Shown one piece after another: positions 39,508-51,512 of a DNA stretch of 64,000 bases (the stretch's first letter is position 1; each line of letters starts with the position of its first letter). This stretch comes from Eledone cirrhosa (taxonomy: Eukaryota), in assembly GCA_964016885.1 (NCBI GenBank), contig OZ024740.1, forward strand, positions 243,598,001-243,662,000. Direction: 5' to 3'. Made by a program: the position numbers and the translations under genes. Under the pieces are notes generated by a model. The model ran no database searches and was not told the origin of the DNA. It was given only the letters and a program-made list of their open reading frames with translations.

Positions 39508-40955
39508 GTAGTCTCCCCACTCCAAGGCTTCCATCGACTTTGAGCACTCTGCACTTTTTTATGCAGCTGTCATCCTTCATATGCAACATATGTCCATACC
39601 AATGCAATCTCCTCTCCTGCACACAGTATTTGATTCCTCTTATGTTTAATTTCTCTCTCAGTTTATTAATGCTTCGCCGTTCTCGCATATTACTATTACA
39701 CATCCATCGGAGTATGCAGGCTTTATTTCTTTCCAATCTACGCAAGTCTTCTGCACACAGCGCCCAAGTCTCACTACCATGCAACATAGCTGTACGTAAG
39801 CACACATCATACATTCTGCTTTTCATTCTGAGGGAGAAGCCTTTTGTAGCCAACAGTGGTAGTAGCTCCCTGAACTCCCTCCATCCCATTCTTACTCTGG
39901 CTACTGTACTTTCAGAAGACTCACCTCCACTGCTAATTCGGTCACCTAAGTAGCAGAAGCTATCTACTGTTTCTACAGAGCCCTCTGAGAATTTGGTGGT
40001 GCTTCTTTCCTGTGGTCGTTTGCTGCTTACTGTTCCAGTCCAACTGCCACATGTAAAGCCTACATTCTTAGCTAAACTTCCTGAGATCCCACTACTTCTC
40101 TTGTGTACCCACATTTTGCATATGGGGCAGAGGATGGAATTTCTACCAACACCTTTCCTATATACTGGACAAGGCCATTTCCCTGAGGGGATCTGGGTTC
40201 TGTTTTCTCTTCTACTTACTAGGACCTTTGTCTTTGTCGGATTGACTTTGAGACCCCTTCTTTCTAGGCCCTGCTTCCATGTTTGGAACTTCTTCTCTAG
40301 TTCCACCATGTTTTCAGCTATGAGCGTAAGATCATCTTCATACAGAAGTTCCCATGGGCAGCCGGTCTTAAACTCCTCTGTTATAGCCTGCAAAATAATA
40401 ATAAACAGGTGGTGGCTAAAGACGGAGCCTTGGTCAACCCCTACTATTACACTAAATTCTTCACTATATTCAGTGTTAATTCTAACCTTGCTGACTGCTC
40501 CTTTATACATGGCTTGTATAGCTCTCACAAGCTCTCATCTACTCCTAGTTTTCTAAGAGCCCACCAGATTTAGGTGCGTGGGACTCTGTCAAAGGCCTTC
40601 TCCAAGTCAACAAAAGCTAAGTAGAGAGGCTTACTTTTAGCTAGGTACTTCTCCGTGGTGCTTTTACCTGGTACAAACCCAAACTGCATTTCATCTAGAT
40701 CAATTCGGTCTCTAATCAGTTGAGTAATAACTCTTTCTGTGACCTTCATGACCTGGTCAACTAACTTAATGCCCCTATAGTTTTCTCTATCCAGGGCATC
40801 TCCTTTGCCCTTTGAACAGTTGACGATGATATTGCTGTGCCAGTCATTTGGTATGACTCAATTCTATATTACTTGGTTTACTATCCTCACTATAGTCATT
40901 GTTAATCCTGACTTTGCTGACTGCTCCTCTATAAATGGCTTGTACAGCCTTCACA
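39508..40955 (-). mobile_element. RTE LINE (RT C-terminal half)
   Basis: 349-aa ORF 39479-40528 with GVDQGSVFS, LLYEDD, GSETW, RLHWYGH; upstream remnants extend to ~40950. Confidence 0.92.
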
Positions 40956-41198
40956 AGCTACAAACTAATGCACTGCAACTGAAAAGAAGAGATAGTAACA
41001 AAACCCAACATATTAGCCGAGAAGAGAAAGTATGCACGGAAGGCAAGTAAGAGAAGTGAGTAAGAGAAGGTGGAAGTGACTGAATATACAAACATTAATA
41101 AAAACGACATTATCTTTGTTTGGACATTAGTCCTAAATAGACAGGCACAATGAGCTGAGAGAAAGTGAATGACAGAATAGATAACACAGGTAGTTTAA

Positions 41199-41418
41199 CC
41201 CTTTAGCATTTAAACCGGCCATATCCGGCCAGAATTCTCTCACCTCTTTCTGTTCAAACTGGCTGTAACTGGTCACTATTACTGATGTTAAAGTATTGTT
41301 CTCAAAATAAAAAATATCGAAATCTCATAGATTCAATATCATGTGAGATATTATGACAAATAAAGCCTTTACAGCGAAAATACAATAGTATATATAGAGT
41401 AATATAAATGCTAAAGGG
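41199..41418. mobile_element. piggyBac-type MITE
   Basis: TTAA|CCCTTTAGCATTTA ... TAAATGCTAAAGGG|TTAA. Confidence 0.88.
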
Positions 41419-42059
41419 TTAATGTTTATAACATATAAATTTGAAAGAATGTCCTGCACAACTAGATCTTATAAAATTAATTTTAAAAAGGTGAGTGAAG
41501 ACAACAGGCAAAACCCAGGACAGTCCCTTCTTATCAGTCAATGAAGTCCTCATGATTCTGGTGCTCTATAGATCTATACTACTAACCCCAGGGCACATAA
41601 GGCACTAACAAATGGACACAAAACATGACGATATATATCATCATTGTTTAATGTCTATCTTCCACGCTAGCATGGGTTAGACGGGAATTGTCCCACTTGA
41701 GGCAAGATTGATCGGGTGACCATGTCTCGCTCGTATAGGACTGAATCTGGCAGGTTTGCTACGGTTGGATGCCCTTCCTAACACCAACCACATTTACAGT
41801 GTGGACTGGGAGGCTTTTTACCATGTCTCCTACATGACCACTTTACAGCGTGGACTGGGTGTTTTTTTTGTTGTGACACCTACACAACCTCTTTAGTTTG
41901 GACTGGATGTTGTGGTACCAACATAACTTTACAGAGAAATGGTGGTGTTGGTGGGAGTGGGAGGATGGAGTAGGGGTAGTGGGATGGGGTGTATATTTGG
42001 TTAAGCGGTGCCTACTGACTACAGATTAACTTTGTACGTAGGGAAGGGAGGTCTTCTGT

Positions 42060-43036
42060 ATTACTGCGCGGTGCCAAAGATCTCGGTCTAGTGACATTGT
42101 CTTAGAGAGCTGTAAGTGTGTAAGGTCGAATTTTATCACGTCGTCCCAGGTTTTTTTTGGGTCTACCTACTCCGTAACTTCCATCAATTTTGATCACCCT
42201 GCACTTTTTTATACAGCTGTTGTCTTTCATGCGCATCACATGACCATACCAACGTAGTCTTCTCTCGAGTAAACATCATCTGATCCCTCTTATTCCTAAT
42301 GTCTCACTTAGTTCATTTATGTTTTACCATTCATGTATATTAGTATTACACATCCAACGGAGCATGCATGCTTCGTTCCTCTCCAGTCTGCACAGGTCCT
42401 CTCTCTGCACACACTGCCCATGTCTCACTGCCATGTAACATTGCTGTTCGTATACAAGCATCATACAATCAGCCTTTCATTTTCAGAGAGAAACCTTTAG
42501 TGGCCAACAGCAGTATAAGCTCTCTGAACTTTTTCCATCCTGTTACAACTCTGGCTACTGTACTTTCAGAACACCCTCCACCACTGTTGATTTTGTCACC
42601 CAGGTAACGGAAAGTGTTCACTATTTCTATAGAACCATCTGGACAATAGAAAGAGCTAGTATCCTGAGGGCACTTGCTACTTATTGCACCTGAGCATCGG
42701 CCACATATAAAATCTACGTTCTTAGATAGCTTGCCTGTTATCCCACTACATCTTTTATGTACCTATAGTTTGCATTTGGGGCATAAAATGGAATTTCTAC
42801 CTACTCCTTTCCTCCACAATGAGCATGGCCATTTCCCAGAGGGCACCTATGCCCTATTTTCCTTTCTACATACTAGAATTTCAGTCTTAGACAAGTTAAC
42901 TTTAAGGCCTTTTGATTCTAGGTCATGCTTCAATGTTTGGAATTTCTTCTCTAGTTCAGCCATAGATTCAACTATTAGAGTTAGATCAACTGCATATAGA
43001 AGTTCCCATGGGCAGCCAGTCTTAAACTCCTCTGTT
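42060..43036 (-). mobile_element. RTE LINE 3' fragment
   Basis: ITEEFKTGCPWELLYAVD ... GRPKKTWDDV remnants. Confidence 0.85.
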
Positions 43037-43291
43037 ATATATATATAATGTTGAATTACTGGTGGTGGTACCAAACCAAGCACTCAATGCACAGGCAGAA
43101 TATATCACTATATTTTTTATTGCATCACCAGTCTAAAGAGTAGATCGATAATGGAGTCGGGTCCATAAGTTCTATGGGTGACCCTGAGCCAATCCTCCGC
43201 GAAATGCGCGTAACAAGTTGATACACAATAAAAATCTAAATACATGTAAACGAAACATCATTGTTCTTATTTATATATATGTATATATATA

Positions 43292-43613
43292 TGCGCATGG
43301 CTTAGTGGTTAGAGCATTGGCCTTGCAATCGAAAGGTTGTGAGTTCAATTCTCAGACCGGGTGATGTGTTGTTTCCTTGAGCAAGACACTTTATTTCACA
43401 TTGCTCCAGTTTACTCAGCTGTAGAAATGAGATGATAGGGACTAGTGTCCCTATCATTCCACTGTAAAGTGGTCATGGAGGTGCCACGGCAAAAAAGCAC
43501 CCAGCACTCACTGTAAATGAGGTTGGTGTTAGGAAGGGCAACCAGCTGTAGAAATCAAGCCAGAATCAGTTCCCGTCCCACCCTTGCAAGCAGGGAGAAG
43601 CGGACGTAAAATG
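43292..43613 (+). mobile_element. SINE family B
   Basis: Near-identical to 10789-11120. Confidence 0.88.
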
Positions 43614-43629
43614 AAAAAATATATCAGAA

Positions 43630-43795
43630 TGGAGGCAGTGAAAACCAGTTAGACCATTACTCACCAGATTATTCAATATTTGGGGTAGTAGAGTGGGTAA
43701 TATGAAACATTTGGGACCCAGATGGCTAGGCTCCGGCCGTTTCGCCAGCTAGATCCGAACTGCAGTTCGGATTTAGCTGTCCCGAATTTTTCATA
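43630..43795. mobile_element. Family H element, copy 3
   Basis: Same body; central palindrome cagctagatccgaactgcagttcggatttagctg; followed by (TA)n. Confidence 0.7.
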
Positions 43796-44220
43796 TATAT
43801 ATATATAAAAATAAAATAAAGAATACATTTTAAAAAAGCCAGTCTGCTAATATGCAAATCAGGCGGATCAGTCACTGTATATTTTAGAAAATATCATATA
43901 TTTTCACTAGCTCTAACAGTTGGCAGGTGAACAGTGAACTGTACTGATGAAGGGTGATACCCAGAAAGATTAGTGTCTGTAGTTCTGTTTGCATGTCAAC
44001 ACAAGAGCAAGAATGAGGGGCTCATTCTACTGACATGGCTTTAAAAATGAAGCTGTTTGCATCATTGCAAACAAATCGAATATTATTATTAATATTCGAA
44101 AAACTCAGATTACATTTATATATATATATATATATATATACAATATACATATCATCATAATCAACATTGTCGTTTTAATGTCTACTTTTCCTGCTAGCAA
44201 GGAATATATATATATATATA

Positions 44221-44292
<72 letters not shown>

Positions 44293-44939
44293 CATATATG
44301 TATATATATATATACATCTTCATCATCATCCTCATCACTGTTTAACATCCATTTTTCACACTACCGTGGGTTAGACAAGTTGTCGTATTATGAGATAAGT
44401 CAGATCAAGTGACTGTGTCTTGCTCATACAGAAGTGTTTCTGGCTTGCTTTCAACCACATTTACAGTGTTGACTGGGTGCTTTGAATCGTGATATCTAAA
44501 TGACAAACTGACAGGTTGGACTGGGTACTTTTTCATCATGTCACCCGCACGACCACCTGACATTGGGGACCAGGTGATTTTGTCACTACTTTACAGGGTG
44601 AACTAGTTACTTTTTGTTGTCATCAACACAATGACTTTACAGGGTGGAGTGGGTGCTCTTTTGTCATGTCACCTGCATGACCACCTTACAGGGTGGACTA
44701 AGAGCTTTAAACCATTTCACCAGCATAGTGCGAGAGCCTGTCCAGCTTTCCATGTCTTTATGCATAGGTTGGACAAGAGAGGTGTGTCAGTTGTGGAAAG
44801 TGAAGTGTTGGGGGCGAGTGTGATGCATGTATGCAGGGTGGGGATTTCAGAAGTAAGTCTAAATTAGGATACTTGGATAGTGAAGTGAGGTAGTGTTAAG
44901 ACATGAGAGGTGCATAGACAGGGGAGAGTAGATTTGGTG

Positions 44940-46090
44940 CATCCTAATGCCGTCTAGATATTTGCTTCATCCGGTGTCATTACCTTTGAAAGGTTTAATT
45001 GTGCAAGATCAGCTTTTATTACTTCATCCCATGTTTTACGAGGTCTTCATCTTCCATAGTTTCCTTCAACTTCAAGCACCCTGCACCTTTTTATACAGTT
45101 GTCGTCCTCAATATGGATCGCATACCATACCACTACCATCTCCTCTATTGCACACTGCATCTGACTCGTCTTATGCATAGTTTCTCTCTTAGTTCATTTA
45201 TGCTTCACCTTTCATGTATTACTATTACACATCCATTGGAATATGCAGCTTCATTTCTTTCCAATCTTTGTAGGTCCTGTGCACTGTGTGCAGAGGACCT
45301 ACAGAAATTGTTAGCAGTGTTAGTAGTTACCTGAACTTTTTCCATCCCGTTCTCACTCTAGCTAATGTACTTTCAGAACACCTGCACTGTTAATTTTGTC
45401 ATCCAGGTAACAGAAGCAGTCAACTACTTCTACAGAATTCTCCAAGGCTTTAATAGAACTTGTTTTCTGTGAGCACTTGCTGCTTACTATTCCTGTGCAT
45501 CAGCCACATGTAAAATCTACACTTTGTTAACCTGCCTGAGATCCCACAATAGCCATTGTGTACCCATAGTTTGCATTTGTGCAAAGGATTGAATTTCTAC
45601 CCACACCCACTCCTTTTCTGCACATTGAGCAAGGCCATTTTCCTGAAGGGATCAGGGCCCTGTTTTCCTTTCTACTTACAAGTTGACTTTAATACCTTTT
45701 GATTCCAAGTTATTCTTCTAGTCCTGGAAATTTTTTCTCTAATTCTGCTATGAGAGTTAGATCATTGGGATATAGAGGTTACCATGGGCAGGCAGTCTTA
45801 AACTCTTCTCTTGTAGCCCACAGGACAATAATAAACAAGAGAGAATGAAGCTCTGGTAGAGTCCCACTTGCACACCAAACTCCTTGCTATAATCATTATT
45901 AAAAAGAAATTAAAAAAAAATCAAATTAAAAAGAAATAATTAATTCTAACCTTACCAGCTGCTTCTCTGTACATGGCTTATACTCCCTTAGTTTCCCAAG
46001 TGCCCACCATATTAAGGAACGGAAAACTTTGTCAAATGTTTTCTTCAAGTCAAGAAATGCCAAGTAAAGGAGCTTACTTTTAGCTCAAGA
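44940..46090 (-). mobile_element. Older decayed RTE LINE
   Basis: Colinear with the other RTE copies (ccatgggcaggcagtcttaaactc, aaggccattttcctgaagggatc) but with many indels. Confidence 0.8.
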
Positions 46091-46746
46091 AAGTTAAATC
46101 ACACACATCCTTCTAAACCTTGTCTCAACCCTCGTGGCAAAATAACCACTGACCTACATCAGTTACTGGCATGGGGATGATAGACATCATCAAGCTGCAG
46201 CTATCAGTTTATATGTATTTGTCTCCGTCTCTGTTCATGTGTGTAATGAGGTAAATAGATATGCCAATAATTCTAACGGACATAATCTTCATGAAAATGT
46301 CAAAGTCTCTTTGAAGTTTACAGATATATTAATGATGGTAGAATCAGACCATTTCAACTTGAGAATGATAAAATATTATTAATATTTTCATTGTAGTATA
46401 AATAGACCATCTGCCATCCATCATCTTGTCTATAGATCACTCATTGTTCAATCACCCACCCTATATTTGTCACTACCTCTATTGGGTAGTTAACAACATA
46501 TTATACATCCTACCTCATTGGTCAGTTACAGTCAGTGACATTATAAATAGGATGGGTTGGGATCTCAATATGTAAATAAAACGACTAATTGTTTTTTTTT
46601 TTTAAATCAACAGAGACAACCTACAAAAATTACCCCCCACTCTCCGCTTATTGCAATTCATCTGCTTATTCCCTCACCTATTATTTGGGACTTGAGAGTA
46701 GATGGAAGGCTAGAAATTGTACCTGTAGGAATTTTCCCCTATCTAG

Positions 46747-48935
46747 ATGGGGGTGGGTACCAAGTTGGGATGTGAGGCTGCTGTCGACGCTACCAGAGCA
46801 TTTACCAACTTGCCCTCCTCGTCCCCCAAGGTCATCCTCAAACTTGACCTCAAGAACGCCTTTAATTCCGAAAGCCGCAACGTTGTCCTCGGCTCAGTAA
46901 GAGAGTGGGTCCGACAACTCTACCACTTTGCTTGGCAGACTTATCGGGAGCCCTCCTACCTCTCTTTCAGTGACCAAATCATCACCTCCACTTCAGGAGT
47001 TCAACATGGTGACCCAACGGGCTCACTCTGTTTGCACTGAGCATTGATGATGTCACCAAGATGAGGGTTCAGTTGGACCTCAATTTCTGGTACCCTGACG
47101 ATGCCTGTTTGGGGGGGGGGGGACTCCGGATATGGTTCTCGCCACTGCCAACAAGATGGTTGAGAAGCTTGGCCGCTGGGGTCTCCAGGTCAATAGCTCC
47201 AAATGTGTGCTCTGGATTCTCAGCCACCCGGCTTCTCAACACCAACAGCTAATCGACCTGTTTGCAGAGTCCTTCCCTTCCATCGCGGACCCTCCCCCGT
47301 CGGCTTGGTGCTCCTTAGGAGCCCCAATCACAGACCTGGCCTTCGAGTCAATCTTCCAATCAAAGGAAGAGAGCCACAGCCGAGCGGAGTAAGACCCTCA
47401 AATACTGTGATCTGCCGGCCAGCTACATTTTTCAGCCTGTGGCTTTCGAGACGTTTGGAGGAGTTGGGCCGCTGACTGCGAGGTTCCTCTCTTCACTGGC
47501 TAATAGAGGTAACTGGCGAATCTTGCGAGGGCGCTTGGTTGTTCCACCACATTAGCCTCGCCATCACCCAAGGCAACGTTGCAAGTGTGCTGGCTTGTCT
47601 CAAAAATCATTAGAGAGGTTTCCCGGTACTCCTCGTGACGTTGCTGTCTTTTGCTCTGGTGTTGGCTCGGTTGTTCACCCCTTCCTTTACATTTTCTTTA
47701 ATATTGTAACATTAAAAGAATATTCTTTCTGAATGAATCGCGAGCTATTTATAATGTTATCGAAGCATTTGTAATGTTATTTATGTATATATTTAAAACA
47801 TATTTGTTATGTTATTCTACTGTAAATTTATTTATATGCTGTTTATATTTTCATTCTGAAAGAATTGCAAACGATTTGTAATGTGATGGCGAGGCTGATG
47901 CGCTGAAACAGCCAAGCACTCTCGCGAGATTCGCCAGCCACCTCTATTAGGCGAGCCGCCAGTGAAGAGAGGAACCTCGCAGTCAGCGGTCCGACTCCAC
48001 CAAATGTCTCGAAAGCCACAGGCTGAAAAACGTAGCTGGCCGACAGATCAGAGTATTTGAGGGTCTTACTTCCCTCGGCTGCAGAAGCTGTGGCTCTCGT
48101 CCTAACCGCAGCATCCAGGATGTGGGAAAGAGCAAAGGAGTCACTAACAGTGGCGTCGCAGACAAGGCACCTGCCTCTCGACCAGGGGCACAGGGTAAGA
48201 CCGTCTTCAGCCTGTGGCTTTCGAGACGTTTGGGGGAGTCGGGCCGCTGACTGCGAGGTTCCTTTCTTCACTGGCGGCTCGCCTAATAGAGGTGACTGGC
48301 GAATCTCGTGAGGGTGCTTAGCTGTTTCAGCGCATCAGCCTCGCCACCACAAGAGGCAACGCTGCGAGTGTGCTGGCTTGCCTCAAAAATCATTAGAGAG
48401 GTTGCCCAGTACTCGCGACGTTGCTTCCGTTGTTCATCCCTTCTTTTACATTTTCTTTAATATAGTAGCATTGAAGGAATATATCTTTCATTGTATCATC
48501 CTTTGTAGTGTTACCGAGGCATTTGTAATGTTATTTATGTATATATTTAAGACATATTTGTTATGTTATTCTACTGTAAATTTATTTATATGCTGTTTAT
48601 ATTTTCATTCTGAAGGAATTGCAAACGATTTGTAATGTTGTTTGTGCAACTATGAAGTATTAATTGTATTATATGTGTTTATATTTTCATTCTGTAAGAA
48701 TTATAAACAATAAAATATGGTAATTTGTAATGTTATTTATACAACTATGAATAAAATTAAATGTTTATAGTATATATATTTGTTATGTTATTCTACTGTG
48801 GATTTATTTATATGCTCTGTTTATATTTTCATTCTGAAAGAATTGCAAACGATAAACGATTTAATAAAATAACTGTAAATTCCACCTTTGTAAATGTTTT
48901 CACACAATAAACAGCAGTTAAAAAAAAAAAAAAAA
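46747..48935 (+). mobile_element. CRE-clade-like non-LTR retrotransposon remnants (RT plus restriction-like endonuclease), rearranged
   Basis: GVGTKLGCEAAV..LKLDLKNAFNS..GVQHGDP..WYPDD (RT); DGLTLCPWSRGRCLVCDATVSD..AAEGSKTLKY..FQPVAFETFG..QRISLA (PD-(D/E)xK endonuclease); AATAAA at 48906 and A16 at 48920-48935. Confidence 0.8.
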
Positions 48936-49589
48936 TTCTCAGGTCCTATCTTGTCACAGGCTATGCCAAACTGATTCTACCTTAGGACTGCGTAAAGTGT
49001 ACACGTGTCTGGAATAGTCAGCCATATGAAACAATGAGTCGATAGTTCGAAAGATCCAACACGGTATGTGTGTGTACTTATATAATATTCACATGTACAT
49101 ATGTATGCATGTAAATATATATATTTAACATCTTTGTGTGTGCGTGTAAGAAAAGTATTTACATATATAATCAGTAATTGCACCAACATGCCATCTGCAG
49201 CAATACGTTGCTAAAAGAATATACAATATATAATGTCACCCATATAAGACGGGACAAAGATAGAAAATACTTCGGTTGTTACATACATTTATACATACAA
49301 GCACAAGGAACAACGTTTATGTAAATGTATATATGCACATATATACATATTTAAGTGCATTAATACTATACACAAGAGCACACAGACATATAGACAAACA
49401 TAAACGTGTGTGTGTATGTATATAAAAACGCATATATATATATATATAATATTATTCAAAATATTAATAAATGAGAAATATTATCATAACCAAAGTATAT
49501 ATTTTACTATACAAAGATACAATGGTGTTTCAGTACGTTTTGATCAGATAAAATATATAGGAGATTGGATATCCGACATACCGCTAAGG

Positions 49590-49638
<49 letters not shown>

Positions 49639-49719
49639 TAAAAGTGGTAACACAACAGTTAGTTCACCATACCGAGAACAATTGTTTCACCTGAGCGGAT
49701 CTTCAGCTCGTACACGTAA

Positions 49720-49759
<40 letters not shown>

Positions 49760-50070
49760 CACTCACTCACAAACCAATGCAAATACATCGATCACTGAGA
49801 GATGTGACAAGTATAAAAACCTTTGAAAGTAGTTAATGCGAAAGTACCAAGCGTAAAGTTGACTTCTTGCAAAATGGCCCCTCTAAAGAACCGAGTACAA
49901 ATAATATAGACGTGAACATCGAGATAAAAAGCACTTCTGTGTATCTCGCTGCATTACGACAGTTACGGTTGATATTCACTATAATATCAAGAAGAATAAC
50001 GACATATAACTATACAGAGTAGCTCCGCATTATTTTATATAGGTTAAATTTGAAAGTTTCCAGCAACTGA

Positions 50071-50144
50071 GGCTCCATAGCTCAGTTGGTTAGAGCGCCA
50101 GTCTAGTAAACTGGAGGTCGAGGGTTCGAATCCCCCTGGAGCCT
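50071..50144 (+). tRNA. tRNA-Thr(AGT)
   Basis: GGCTCCA/TGGAGCC acceptor, GCTC/GAGC D stem, CCAGT-CT AGT AA-ACTGG, TTCGAAT loop; one T-stem mismatch; T4 terminator follows. Confidence 0.8.
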
Positions 50145-50399
50145 TCTTTTGATATTTTTCATCTTTTTCTTGTTTAACATTATCAGTTTTAATATTTCTG
50201 GTCTGCGATCCAGCAACTGTCGCTTCATAGCTTAGTATATATAGTAGATTGAAACACCAATCCAGTAGAATGGAGTTCGAATCTCCCCCCAGCCTTCTTT
50301 CGCTATAATTTACTTGTTTTTATAGTTTAGATACTGGTGTTTCATATTTTTTGTTATTTTAGATTATCAATTTATTATAGTTTATAGCTAACCAACAGT

Positions 50400-50473
50400 G
50401 GCTCCATAGCTCAGTTGGTTAGAGCGCCAGTCTAGTAAACTGGAGGTCGAGGGTTCGAATCTCTCTGGAGCCT
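50400..50473 (+). tRNA. tRNA-Thr(AGT)
   Basis: Full cloverleaf; T stem GAGGG/CTCTC with one G-U pair. Confidence 0.88.
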
Positions 50474-51438
50474 GCTTTCGCTATTTTTCTTTTTAGTATT
50501 TCAGGTTGTCAGTTTTAATGCTAACAGTGGCTCTACAGCTCGGTTGGATAGAGCGCCAGTCTAGTAAACTAGAGATCGAGGGTTCAAATACCCCTCGAGC
50601 CGTCTCTTGCTATTTTCCATACTATTACTTTTTTATTATTTTTATTTTTTTATTTTAGCAGTAGTAAATTGAATTTATAACAGTAAAAACAGTTTTACAG
50701 GTAAAGAAGAATATATTAGATTGTGGCGAATAAGAAAATGTAAAAAAACGGAAAAGGAGAGAAAAAGGCAAGGGCTCACGGAAGAATGCTGAGGAGGGGA
50801 AGGGAGGGTGATTGGGCTGGGGGCCTTGCGCCCGACGGTAATGTGACTACGCTCCGGGGACAACAGTACAACAGCATTACCGTGTGCGTTTTACTATTTC
50901 ACGTCAGTAATTCTGCAACTTCATACATAGCGCAGTAGGTTCGGGTATCAATCTAGTAATATGGCGCACATGTGTTTGAATCACCCACGAGCCGTCTTTC
51001 GCTATTTCTCATAATTTTCGTACTTTACATTGTGACTTTCCTATTTTTAAAAATTTTACATTGTCAGATTTACGTACCACCAACAATTGCCAGATACCTC
51101 GGTTGGTTAGAGCGCCAATGAAGGGTTCGAATACCCCTCGAGACTTCTATAAAACACCAGTAATGCACTGGAATAATTGATGGTGTTGTAGCAAAATTAG
51201 AAACAATTAATTTACATTGTCAGTTTTAAAAAATTCAGGTATACGATCCGGCAACTGTCGCTCCATAGCTCAGTAGGTTAAAACACCAACTAGTAATATG
51301 GCGAACATGTGTTCAATACACCCACGGTCCTGCGTTCGCTACTTTTCGTAATTTTGGTACCTTAACTGAGATTTTTTGTGTTTTTTGTTATTTTAGATTA
51401 TCAGTTTTAATATTTCAGGTTTATAGTATACCAGCAAT

Positions 51439-51512
51439 GGCTCCATAGCTCAGTTGGTTAGAGCGCCAGTCTAGTAAACTGGAGGTCGAGGGTTCGAATC
51501 CCTCTGGAGCCT
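51439..51512 (+). tRNA. tRNA-Thr(AGT)
   Basis: All four stems pair Watson-Crick (T stem GAGGG/CCCTC). Confidence 0.92.

Noticed and set aside
50097-50114. CTA in the anticodon loop suggesting an amber suppressor or Pyl tRNA
   Set aside because: The stem CCAGT/ACTGG closes a 7-nt loop CT-AGT-AA, so the anticodon is AGT (Thr).
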